A stretch of DNA of 24,000 nt from positions 1-24,000 of the forward strand of contig JAVBTB010000027.1 in assembly GCA_031556355.1 (NCBI GenBank), written 5' to 3'. Shown here one piece after another: positions 10,720 through 20,515 of this stretch. Under the pieces are notes generated by a model that did not search any database, had not been told where the DNA came from, and saw nothing but the letters and a program-made list of their open reading frames with translations. The stretch comes from Desulfovibrio sp. (lineage in GTDB: Bacteria > Desulfobacterota > Desulfovibrionia > Desulfovibrionales > Desulfovibrionaceae). The first letter of the stretch is position 1. Each line of letters opens with the position of its first letter. A program made the translations under genes and the position numbers.

Positions 10720-11748
10720 ATGGCGAAAATAACCATTATTGATGTGGCCCGCCTGGCCGGCGTGTCGACCGCCACCGTCTCCCGCGCCATGCACACGCCG
10801 CATGTGGTGCGGCCTGCCACTCTGGAACGGGTCCGTGCCGTCATGCAGGAACACGGCTACATCTATAATGCCACAGCCGGGGACTTTTCCCGCCGTAAAT
10901 CCACCGTCATCGGCGTGCTTATCCTGTCCACGACCACCAAGGTCGCATCTTCGGTCAGCGCCGCCCAGCAGATCGCCACCGAATACGGCTTTCCCCTGAT
11001 TGTTTCCACATCCGGCTTTGACCCGCGGCTTGAGCGCAGGCATATCCAGCAGTTTCTCGAACGGGGCGTGGCCGGGGTGCTGGCCATCGGGCACATGCAC
11101 GAAAATCTGCCGAAACTGCGGGAATTGCAGCAGCGCGGCATTCCCTGCGTCTTTCTGTGGGAGATTTTGCCCGGTTCCACGGACAGCTATGTGGGGTTCG
11201 ACAATGTGCAGGGCTCCTTCGACATGGTCGATCACCTCATCAACCTGGGCTACAAACGCATAGGCTTTCTGTGCGGCTTCGACTCGGGGGTCCAGCGTAT
11301 CGCCAAACGCTACGTGGGCTACCAGGAGGCCTTGAAGCGGCACGGGTTGCCGCTGGATCCCTCCCTGGTACGCTCCGCGACATCCACCTTTGCCAACGGC
11401 AAAAGCGCCATGCGCGATCTTCTGTCCCTGGCCGACCCGCCCAGATGCGTGTGCTGCGCCAGCGACATCCTGGCCATGGGGGCCATTTCCGCCGCCTATG
11501 AAGCCGGAGTGGAAGTTCCCAAGGACATCTCCATCGTGGGTTTCGACAACAGCGATCTTTCCGCCTACACCTGCCCCCCTCTGTCCACCGTCGACGTGCC
11601 GGGAGAAGAAATGGGGCGCCTCGGCATGCAGGCGCTCATGACCCTGATCGCCAACAATGATCACCCGCCCATACAGCAAAAGCTGCCTACCTCGCTGATT
11701 CTGCGGGGCTCAAGCTGCCCGGCGGCAAGCCAGAATCCGCGGCGCTGA
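10720..11748 (+). CDS. LacI-family transcriptional regulator
   Basis: N-terminal HTH ITIIDVARLAGVSTATVSRAM plus a periplasmic-binding-protein-like sugar-binding fold (IVGFDN...). GAGGTGA RBS. Confidence 0.9.
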   Translation: MAKITIIDVARLAGVSTATVSRAMHTPHVVRPATLERVRAVMQEHGYIYNATAGDFSRRKSTVIGVLILSTTTKVASSVSAAQQIATEYGFPLIVSTSGFDPRLERRHIQQFLERGVAGVLAIGHMHENLPKLRELQQRGIPCVFLWEILPGSTDSYVGFDNVQGSFDMVDHLINLGYKRIGFLCGFDSGVQRIAKRYVGYQEALKRHGLPLDPSLVRSATSTFANGKSAMRDLLSLADPPRCVCCASDILAMGAISAAYEAGVEVPKDISIVGFDNSDLSAYTCPPLSTVDVPGEEMGRLGMQALMTLIANNDHPPIQQKLPTSLILRGSSCPAASQNPRR

Positions 11749-11775
11749 GCAAGCACACCCTCTGTCCCTCTCTTT

Positions 11776-11810
11776 CAAGGGCAGCCATGCGCGACGCATG
11801 GCTGCCCTTG
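11776..11810 (+). terminator. Perfect 16-bp hairpin after the LacI-family gene
   Basis: caagggcagccatgcg cga cgcatggctgcccttg has exact complementarity. No T-run follows, so its function as a terminator is inferred from position only. Confidence 0.5.
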
Positions 11811-11879
11811 ATGCGTCGTCCCCTGTGCGCGCCTGCCCAGACCAGAGTGGAAAGCATGTGCCGCAGGGAAAACAATTTT

Positions 11880-13409
<1,530 letters not shown>

Positions 13410-13425
13410 ATTCTGCACAGCATGT

Positions 13426-13452
13426 ACAAGGGGGGCTTTTTGCCCCCCTTGT
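13426..13452 (+). other. Intercistronic hairpin between tpl and the permease (11-bp perfect stem, UUUUU loop)
   Basis: acaaggggggc ttttt gccccccttgt. It ends 3 nt before the AAGGA RBS of the next gene. Confidence 0.7.
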
Positions 13453-13467
13453 GATAAGGAGCGCTTC

Positions 13468-14703
13468 ATGACAACGACTCAAGGGCACAAGCCCAGCGTA
13501 TTCGGCGGCACCATGATCATCGCCGGGACTTCCATCGGCGCGGGCATGCTCGGCCTGCCCACCATTTCAGCTGGCATGTGGTTTTACTGGTCCATCGCGT
13601 TACTTTTCGGTACCTGGGCCCTTATGCTCCTTTCAAGCCAGGCTCTGCTGGAGGTAAACCTTCATTATGAGCCGGGTTCCAGCTTCGACACCCTGGTCAA
13701 AGACACCCTCGGCCCAAAATGGAACATCATCACCGGCGCGTCTGTGGCCTTTGTTCTCTATATTCTTATTTACGCGTATGTCAGCGGCGGCGGTTCCATC
13801 GTGCGTCACACCATGAGCGCTGTCATAGGCTTTGAACCGCCCAAGCTGGCGGCAGGCCTCATCTTTGCCGTAGCCCTTACCGCCTGCGTCTGGTGGAGCA
13901 CCTGGATAGTCGACCGCATCTCCGTCATTATGATGGCCGGGATGGTGATCACCTTCGCCCTTTCCATGTCCGGCCTACTCTCACAGATTAAAACGGAATT
14001 TCTGCAGGACGTCGGCGGCACCGGCGGCGAGTCTGTTTTTGTCCTGGTGGCCCTGTCAACCTATCTTACCTCGTTCTGCTTTCATGCCAGCGTGCCGAGT
14101 ATGGTGAAATACTTCGGCCATGACCCCAAGTCCATCAACAAATGCCTGGTGTACGGCACTCTTATCGCGCTCGTATGCTATCTGGTCTGGATTCTGGGCG
14201 CGGACGGCAATATTTCCCGTACGCACTTCAAAGATGTCATCGCCGCGGGAGGCAACGTGGGCGATCTGATCAAGGCCGCCGGCACCTCAAGCGGCGACTT
14301 TATCCGCCGCATGCTGGAAGCCTTTGCCGCCATGGCTGTCGCCACCTCCTTCCTGGGCGCGGGCCTCGGCCTTTTTGACTATATGGCCGACCTGCTCAAG
14401 TTCGACGACTCGCGCATGGGCCGCACCAAAACCACGCTGGTAACCTTTCTGCCCCCCACTCTCGGCGGGCTGCTCTGGCCCGACGGTTTTCTGCTGGCCA
14501 TCGGCTGGGCGGGCCTGGCTGCGGCCATCTGGTCGGTGATCACCCCTGCCATGATGCTGCGCGCAAGCCGCATCAAGTTCGCCACCTCGCAGTACCGGGC
14601 TCGCGGAGGTTCCGCAGTGGTATACATACTGTTTGCGTACGGTGTTATTACGGCAGTCTGCCATACCCTGGTGGTGTTCAACCTGCTGCCCGCATACAAG
14701 TAG
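13468..14703 (+). CDS. Aromatic amino acid permease, HAAAP family (TyrP/Mtr/TnaB-like)
   Basis: The N-terminus GGTMIIAGTSIGAGMLGLP and the motif SFLGAGLGLFDYMADL parallel E. coli TyrP. The ATG at 13468 has an AAGGA RBS. The track start at 13357 overlaps the tpl end. Confidence 0.88.
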   Translation: MTTTQGHKPSVFGGTMIIAGTSIGAGMLGLPTISAGMWFYWSIALLFGTWALMLLSSQALLEVNLHYEPGSSFDTLVKDTLGPKWNIITGASVAFVLYILIYAYVSGGGSIVRHTMSAVIGFEPPKLAAGLIFAVALTACVWWSTWIVDRISVIMMAGMVITFALSMSGLLSQIKTEFLQDVGGTGGESVFVLVALSTYLTSFCFHASVPSMVKYFGHDPKSINKCLVYGTLIALVCYLVWILGADGNISRTHFKDVIAAGGNVGDLIKAAGTSSGDFIRRMLEAFAAMAVATSFLGAGLGLFDYMADLLKFDDSRMGRTKTTLVTFLPPTLGGLLWPDGFLLAIGWAGLAAAIWSVITPAMMLRASRIKFATSQYRARGGSAVVYILFAYGVITAVCHTLVVFNLLPAYK

Positions 14704-14743
14704 CGCGCCCGCCGGAAGTGTGTCCGGCCCCATGCCGCAAAAA

Positions 14744-14801
14744 CCAAGCCCCCATCAGGCGGACAGCACAAACCAACATTGTCCGCCTGATGGGGGCTTG
14801 G
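14744..14801. terminator. Perfect 22-bp hairpin between convergent genes. Canonical terminator for the minus-strand regulator.
   Basis: Arms 14744-14765 and 14780-14801 are exact complements with a 14-nt loop. A5 at 14739-14743 supplies a U5 tract on the minus strand only. Confidence 0.75.
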
Positions 14802-14834
14802 CATTGCAGGCGCGGCAAACAGCGAACCGGCCAA

Positions 14835-15536
14835 TCACTCCCGGCGACGCAAAATGTCCATCAGCCCATCCGCGTCGTTCACCACGAGAGAGCTTTGCTT
14901 TTGGCTGATAATGCCCTGTTTCTTCAAGTTATTTACCACTTTCGTCACGGTAACCCGGTGCATGCCCAGGACTTCCGCCAGGGTAGTCAGGTGCAGGGAT
15001 GACATCTTCCCGTAAATCCAGCTCTTTTTCTTCTGCTCCACAGCCAGGTGGTACAGAAAATGCGCTATATACTGTTCGCTGGACATAAACTGAATGCATT
15101 CCACCTGCGTGGACATCATGTATGACTTGCCGGCGAGATTCTTGAACAAATACAGGGAGAGATCCTGATAACAGGGTAAAATTTTCTGGAGCACCGTCTC
15201 TCTGGGAAACGAGATGCCCGTGCAGGGTTCAACGCAGAAAATCATGTGCCGGTAATCGGAGTCGGCAAAAAACGCCGCCTCTCCCAGGATGCTGCCCGGC
15301 CCCAGAATACCGAGGGTACGCAGTTCCCCGTTCCAGTTGGAAGCGACAATCTTCACCAGACCGTCAAGAATCAGGACCAGTTCGGAAACCGGATCTCCCA
15401 AATCGTACATAAGAGCCTTTTTCGGCCACTGTTTCCGTTCCCCGAGATCAAACACTTTTTGCCAGATGTCGGCATGCGACGACATGAGCCACGGCGCCGA
15501 CATGTTGGCAAGGTAGTATTGCGTGAATGTGGGCAT
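14835..15536 (-). CDS. Crp/Fnr-family transcriptional regulator (cNMP-binding-like domain plus C-terminal HTH)
   Basis: Beta-roll motif GPGSILGEAAFF and HTH LTTLAEVLGMHRVTVTKVVNNLKKQGII. The ATG at 15536 follows GGAGAG and gives the typical 233 aa. There is no FNR-type N-terminal Cys cluster. Confidence 0.85.
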   Translation of the reverse strand: MPTFTQYYLANMSAPWLMSSHADIWQKVFDLGERKQWPKKALMYDLGDPVSELVLILDGLVKIVASNWNGELRTLGILGPGSILGEAAFFADSDYRHMIFCVEPCTGISFPRETVLQKILPCYQDLSLYLFKNLAGKSYMMSTQVECIQFMSSEQYIAHFLYHLAVEQKKKSWIYGKMSSLHLTTLAEVLGMHRVTVTKVVNNLKKQGIISQKQSSLVVNDADGLMDILRRRE

Positions 15537-15812
15537 ATCTCTCTCCCGGGATGCTCCGTAAGAGGTGATCTGTCCCGGCATACGTCCCTTGTTCCCTGCT
15601 GTCAAACACTCCGGACCAGAAAAACAAGACGCAGAGCGGTATCCGCCGGCCTTGCCCGCCTGCCGCATTTTTCTTGTCCGAGGGGTAATATTCTTCTATG
15701 ATCCGGTTCGGCGCAGCGGCGGCGAGGCATCCACGCCTCTTTCCGGCGCATGTGTGCGCAACGCGTTTTGCACCGGCAGCCGGAAAGGATGGCTGCCCCT
15801 AAGGGAGCACCC

Positions 15813-17006
15813 ATGCCGCGCATAGTTTCTGTCCTCCTCGCCGTGCTGCTTGCCGCGCGTATCCTTTTTCCTTCCGCGCCCGTCTGCGCCGCCACTCCTG
15901 AAGACGGCGACCGGACGCCGGACAATCTGCCGTCCGAGGCTCCCGGCTACGCCATACAGGATCTGCGGCGGCTGGCCGACGCCATTGTCCGCACCGGCGT
16001 ACGCGCCGACGGCATCACCGCCCTGTACCGCCCCCAGTTTCTCAGCGTGTCGGATGCCAGCCTGTCCATGGATGACGACGAAGTGGTGTTTGTGGTGGAA
16101 TATCCGGGCCGCACCCGAATCTACCCCCAGCGCATCCTGGTCTGGCACGAGGTGATCAACGACGTGCTGCCCGACGCTTCCGGCAACATGCCCCCGCGCC
16201 CCGTGCCCGGCGTTGCGGAGTCCGCCGGAGAAAACTACTCCATCACCTACAGCCCCCTTACCGGCACCGTGGTGGGCTTTCGTTCCCTGGCGGGCAAATT
16301 CCCGTCCACCTTCGGCGTGACGGGCAACCTGCTCAACGCCAACACAGTGCTTTATGACCGCATCAGCCAAAGCCTGTGGTGCCAGCTTCTGGCCGTCAGC
16401 ATTGAAGGCCCCATGCGCGGCAAACGCCTGGAACGCATTCCCGTGCTCTGGGCGACGTGGAAGGGCGTCAAAACGCGCTACCTGGGCAAGGCTGAGGTGC
16501 TTTCGCGTTCCACAGGCTATTCTCGTTCCTACGGCAAGGATCCCTACGGCTCGTATCAGACCAGGGGCAATTATTACGACGACGCCCGGCTGCTCTTTGC
16601 CGTCTCCCGCCTGGACCCCCGCCTGCCGCCGAAAAAACGGATTCTCGGCCTGGAGATAGAAGATGCCTATGGCGCGGTTCAGGTGGATGCCGTTCACGAC
16701 GCCAGGGTGCTGAATTTTTCTTTGGGTGTAGCCCCCCTTGCGGCCGTCTATGACGCCGAACTTGAAGCCGTGCGCATTTTTGACCGCCGTCTTGACGGCG
16801 ACGACAAGCGCCCGCTTACCTTCGCCATTTTTGAGGACAAGCTGATAGACGAGCAGACCAAAAGCGAATGGACCCCCCTGGGAATCTGCACATACGGCCG
16901 TCTGCGCGACAAGAAGCTGACGCCCGTCTATTCCATGAACTCCATGTGGTTCGCCTGGGCCGCCTTTCACAAGGGCACCGAGGTGATCCCCCCCATGGGG
17001 CAGTAA
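15813..17006 (+). CDS. Secreted DUF3179-domain protein
   Basis: Signal peptide MPRIVSVLLAVLLAARILFPSAPVCA. Family-like motifs YPQRILVWHEVINDV, ITYSPLTGT and GNLLNANTVLYDRISQSLW, from memory of PF11376. AAGGGAG RBS precedes the ATG at 15813. Confidence 0.8.
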   Translation: MPRIVSVLLAVLLAARILFPSAPVCAATPEDGDRTPDNLPSEAPGYAIQDLRRLADAIVRTGVRADGITALYRPQFLSVSDASLSMDDDEVVFVVEYPGRTRIYPQRILVWHEVINDVLPDASGNMPPRPVPGVAESAGENYSITYSPLTGTVVGFRSLAGKFPSTFGVTGNLLNANTVLYDRISQSLWCQLLAVSIEGPMRGKRLERIPVLWATWKGVKTRYLGKAEVLSRSTGYSRSYGKDPYGSYQTRGNYYDDARLLFAVSRLDPRLPPKKRILGLEIEDAYGAVQVDAVHDARVLNFSLGVAPLAAVYDAELEAVRIFDRRLDGDDKRPLTFAIFEDKLIDEQTKSEWTPLGICTYGRLRDKKLTPVYSMNSMWFAWAAFHKGTEVIPPMGQ

Positions 17007-17239
17007 AACAAATTCATAATGAAATTGGACAAGGATCGAATTGCCTCCGGCGGCCAAAGCGACTGAGTCCCTTTGGAATCCCGCAATTATGGCTGCCTTG
17101 TCATGAGTAATTACAAAATTGAAATGCTCTTAAAGGACGCCACAGCCGCTCTCCAGCAGTGTCCTGCCTTCATTGCTCCTTCCCCGGCCCCGTGCCTGCC
17201 CGCCTCCTTTTCCACCGCTGTTTTTTGCCTCACATCTAC

Positions 17240-17254
17240 GGCGCATATCTTGCA
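17240..17254 (+). promoter_or_regulatory. Sigma-54-like -24/-12 element (GGCGCA-tatc-TTGCA)
   Basis: Correct GG-N10-GC spacing with a perfect TTGCA -12 element, 145 nt upstream of the ATG at 17400. The -24 half is imperfect. Several matches of this quality are expected by chance in the window. Confidence 0.2.
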
Positions 17255-17399
17255 TACATTTTCCCATACTCCGGGAATCGTGTGCACATGCGCCGGCATT
17301 GCGCATCGCCAGACGCATTCCCCCTGAACGCTTCCGGGGAAAAAATTTCCCCTGCCCGCCTGCCGTGCGGGTTTGGAAACCCTTTGCGGGAGGATGCAT

Positions 17400-19028
17400 A
17401 TGCGTTTTCGTGCCTTTTGTTCCGTACCCCTGCCCCTGCTGCTGGGCCTGCCTCTGTGCGGCGCCCTGCTGCTGGCCGTGCCCGCTTACGGCGATGACTC
17501 CTTCGGGATTGAAGACAGAACCGATGTCCCCTACAACGCCTGCATGCGCCACTGCCGTGCAGTAAGCGTCTATGACGTCAGCCTGGAGGCCTGTGAAAAA
17601 ACCTGCGCCGAAACCCGGCGCTCCATTTCCTATGGCAAGGGCGGATACCGCTCGTATGAAAGCTGCCTCAAAGACATGCGCAAGCTGGAACTCAAGCGCG
17701 ATATTTTGACGGAAGACGCCAAGGAATGGTGCACCGACCAGTGGACGCACCTGCACAAGATATATGGCTGCCAGGAGGCCATAGATTCCTATTACGCCGC
17801 CGTCACGCAACGGAACATATGCGACAGTTCCCCGGCCCCCATCATGCCCGCGCCCTATAACGCAGGACAAACGCCCTTGCGGTCGGGCGCCGCGCCCTAC
17901 GCATCCGGCGGAGCAACCACGGACAACGGCCCCGGTCTGCCCCTGCCTGAAGGAGCCACGGCGGGCACAGTTGAAACGGCCCCGTACCCCGTCGCCGCCC
18001 CTGTGGCCGTCGATACGCCGAAATACCAGACCCCGGAAGAAGTCGCCAAGACCCTGCGTAAATCCAGAGGAAAAACAAAAGCGGCTTCCGTCGCGTCCAA
18101 AAGCAATGCCAAAACGGCCCGGCCTGCAAAAACGGGGGCGACCCAAACACCCCGCACTGCCCCCGCAAAAGCGGCCGCGCCCTCTCCCGCGCCGACAGCC
18201 AAGCCAGTGGTTGCGCCCCCCGCCCGGCACGAAGAAAAAGACGCTCCCATGCCGGAACCCGCGCCCTTGTCGTTGCCCTCTGCGGAACCGGCCCCGAGTT
18301 CTCCCACGCCCGACGCGCGGCCCCCTGCCGCCACTCCCGCGAGCAAGACGCCGGAAATGCTGCCAGCCGCTCCTGTAAATGGGCGTTCCGGAAGCGCTGC
18401 CTCACAGCCGGGAGAATCCGCTCATCCTTCTTCGGGCGCATCCTCCGAGGGAACAGCACCACAGGTGAACCTGCCGCAGGCACCGACGCCCGCGACGCAT
18501 ACGCCTTCTTCTCAAGCGTCTGCCGGCACGCCCGCTGTATCTCTGCCGCAGGGACAGCGGCCGTCGCCCACCGCTCCGGCTGCCGAGCCCGCCGGCTCCA
18601 CGGTCCCGGCAAGACTGCAATTGCCGGAAACAACAACGCCCAGGGCGCCCACCGTACCCTCAGCCAACGCGCCTGCCGTGCCCATGCTGCTCTCCCCCGT
18701 CACTCCCAGGGAAAGCTCCACACCAGCGGCGGCTGAACAGCCTGCGATTGCCTCTCCGGCAACCCCCGCAGCCGCCGTTCCGCAGGCAGCGCCACAGCCG
18801 CGGGTTCCGCAGGTGTCCGGCCCGCAGACCGTGCCCGCTCCCGCGCCTGTTGTGACGCCTTCGCCGGCGACTGTTTCCGGCACGCCGGAAACGCAAAAAA
18901 GCGCCCCTACGGACGCTTCCACACCGGAGGAAAATTCCCCATATCCCGCCGGGGTCATGCCCCCGACGCCGTCCATGCTGCGACAGCAGGAATCCATACC
19001 GCCCATCGTGCGACCCGGCCTCAAGTAG
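17400..19028 (+). CDS. Secreted hypothetical protein: signal peptide, 113-aa domain with 8 Cys, and a roughly 400-aa Pro/Ala/Thr/Ser-rich low-complexity tail
   Basis: GGGAGGA RBS lies 6 nt before the ATG at 17400. Signal peptide MRFRAFCSVPLPLLLGLPLCGALLLAVPAYG|DD. All 8 mature cysteines lie within 17493-17831. I recognise no family. Confidence 0.65.
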   Translation: MRFRAFCSVPLPLLLGLPLCGALLLAVPAYGDDSFGIEDRTDVPYNACMRHCRAVSVYDVSLEACEKTCAETRRSISYGKGGYRSYESCLKDMRKLELKRDILTEDAKEWCTDQWTHLHKIYGCQEAIDSYYAAVTQRNICDSSPAPIMPAPYNAGQTPLRSGAAPYASGGATTDNGPGLPLPEGATAGTVETAPYPVAAPVAVDTPKYQTPEEVAKTLRKSRGKTKAASVASKSNAKTARPAKTGATQTPRTAPAKAAAPSPAPTAKPVVAPPARHEEKDAPMPEPAPLSLPSAEPAPSSPTPDARPPAATPASKTPEMLPAAPVNGRSGSAASQPGESAHPSSGASSEGTAPQVNLPQAPTPATHTPSSQASAGTPAVSLPQGQRPSPTAPAAEPAGSTVPARLQLPETTTPRAPTVPSANAPAVPMLLSPVTPRESSTPAAAEQPAIASPATPAAAVPQAAPQPRVPQVSGPQTVPAPAPVVTPSPATVSGTPETQKSAPTDASTPEENSPYPAGVMPPTPSMLRQQESIPPIVRPGLK

Positions 19029-19067
19029 CCCCGACAGGGCTGCACAATGCGTCTTGCTGTAATCAAG

Positions 19068-19152
19068 GGCTTATCCATACATAAGTGGAGCGCGAGGCAA
19101 AAACGGCTTTGACGAAGTATTGGGCCGCGAAACGCTCATGTATGGATAAGCC
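19068..19152. repeat. 15-bp perfect inverted repeat (ggcttatccatacat / atgtatggataagcc) with a 55-nt spacer between convergent genes
   Basis: Arms 19068-19082 and 19138-19152 are exact complements. The inner gagcg/cgctc extends the stem. The arms are A/T-rich in a GC-rich context. Confidence 0.7.
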
Positions 19153-19168
19153 TGGGACAGGCGGCATA

Positions 19169-20041
19169 TCACACCCATAACCCGCGCCTTCTCCTGTCAT
19201 CCCGCAGGGTTTCCAAAAGCTGATACGGCACGCGCATGCCGCCTTTGCCCACCCCCAGGCGGACGCCGGGCTTGGTCCGGCCGTGGTAGTCCGAACCGCC
19301 GGAAAGCAACAGGTTATGTTTCTTCGCAAGCCTGACGCACAGGCGCACGCTTTTGGCATCATGCGCGCTGTGGTAAGCTTCAAGGGCGGTAAGGCCGAAA
19401 CCGCGAAAATCCGCCAGCAGATCGTTCAGCACCTCGCCGGACATGTCCCGGTCCAGGCAGGGGTGGGCGAAAACGACGGTAGCGCCTTCTTCAGCCAGCA
19501 GCGAAATGCCCTCGCGCGGGCTGCTCAGTTCCCGCGGTACAAACGCCGCTCCGGCCCGCCCGATGTACCGCTCGAACGCCTCCATTATCGTCGTCACATA
19601 ACCCTTGCGCCGCAGTGCCTCAGCAATATGCGGCCTGCCTATGGCCTTACCGCCGGCCACCGCCTGCACATCCTCCAGGACAAGGGGCAGCCCCAATTCG
19701 CACAGACGCCGGACCATCTCCTGATTACGCCGCAGGCGACGGGCCTGGATATCGGCCAGGGCAGCCTTCATGCGCTGTGAAGGCTGCGGCATCCACAGGC
19801 CCAGCAGGTGCAATTCCCCAAAGGTAGGATCGTAAATCGCCAGTTCGCAGCCGCGAATAAACTCCAGACCTTTTCCGCCGGCGGCTTCCTCCGCCTCCGC
19901 AAGGCCGTCAAGAGTGTCGTGATCGGTGAGCGCCACGGAAGAAAGCCCCGCTTCCACAGCGTGCTCTATAAGCTGTGCGGGCGTATCCGTGCCGTCGGAC
20001 GCCATGGTATGCGTATGCAGGTCAATAATCCGTCCCCCCAT
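19169..20041 (-). CDS. PHP-domain metal-dependent phosphoesterase (TrpH/YciV, RNase AM-like family)
   Basis: N-terminal IDLHTHTMASDG and ALTDHDT PHP motifs. About 290 aa, like E. coli YciV. The ATG at 20041 is preceded by GGAGGA. The track start at 20149 is an extension. Confidence 0.85.
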   Translation of the reverse strand: MGGRIIDLHTHTMASDGTDTPAQLIEHAVEAGLSSVALTDHDTLDGLAEAEEAAGGKGLEFIRGCELAIYDPTFGELHLLGLWMPQPSQRMKAALADIQARRLRRNQEMVRRLCELGLPLVLEDVQAVAGGKAIGRPHIAEALRRKGYVTTIMEAFERYIGRAGAAFVPRELSSPREGISLLAEEGATVVFAHPCLDRDMSGEVLNDLLADFRGFGLTALEAYHSAHDAKSVRLCVRLAKKHNLLLSGGSDYHGRTKPGVRLGVGKGGMRVPYQLLETLRDDRRRRGLWV

Positions 20042-20305
20042 GATTCCTCCAGGGCTGTTTTTCCTCCGGCGGTCCCAGATGCGTCCCCACCCGGACTGCC
20101 GCTGCTGCTCCCGTGGAAGCCACGCGCAGCATATTCCGTCTTCCGCCAATCTTGCGCCGTTCCGGTAAGAAGCCTAACTGCCGCTTGAAAGCGGAACGGC
20201 GGAATGATATTGGCACAAGACGGTGCGCGCCTGCCTCCTGTTGAGGAACAAGCATAGACAAATCTACACCCCCCTTTACCCCATCTGTCAAGTAGAGGAT
20301 TTTTC

Positions 20306-20515
20306 ATGGATACGGAATTGCTGCACATCCTCGCCTGCCCCAAATGCCGGGGAACCCTCTCCCTGGTGCCGGACAGCGCGGGCGAACCCGCCGGGCTTGA
20401 CTGCGCCGCCTGCGCCGTCGTCTATCCCATTGACGAAGGCATACCCGTATTGCTGACGGAATCCGCCATTCCCCACGCGGAGTGGTACAAGACGAAACTC
20501 GGGCTGCGTACATGA
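20306..20515 (+). CDS. ycaR: Trm112-like zinc-ribbon protein (UPF0434 / YcaR family)
   Basis: MDTELLHILACPKCRGTL...CAACAVVYPIDEGIPVLL parallels E. coli YcaR (LLEIIACPVCNGKL...FPLRDGIPVLL). GAGG RBS. Confidence 0.85.
   Translation: MDTELLHILACPKCRGTLSLVPDSAGEPAGLDCAACAVVYPIDEGIPVLLTESAIPHAEWYKTKLGLRT

Noticed and set aside
15755-15772. An imperfect 18-bp palindrome TGCGCAACGCGTTTTGCA, 40 nt upstream of the DUF3179 start, as an operator.
   Set aside because: Only the central AACGCGTT is truly palindromic. There is no second copy and no link to the recognition helix of a nearby regulator.
17073-17327. An 84-aa ORF (or 74 aa from the ATG at 17103) in the long leader upstream of the Pro-rich gene.
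   Set aside because: It has no RBS and no recognisable motifs, and it spans the sigma-54-like site. Composition shifts from A/T-rich to GC-rich in a way that does not look like coding sequence.
20211-20226. Perfect TGGCAC -24 box upstream of ycaR, followed by ...GGTGC.
   Set aside because: The GC of the putative -12 element is one nt too far away (GG-N11-GC), and TTGC is replaced by GTGC.
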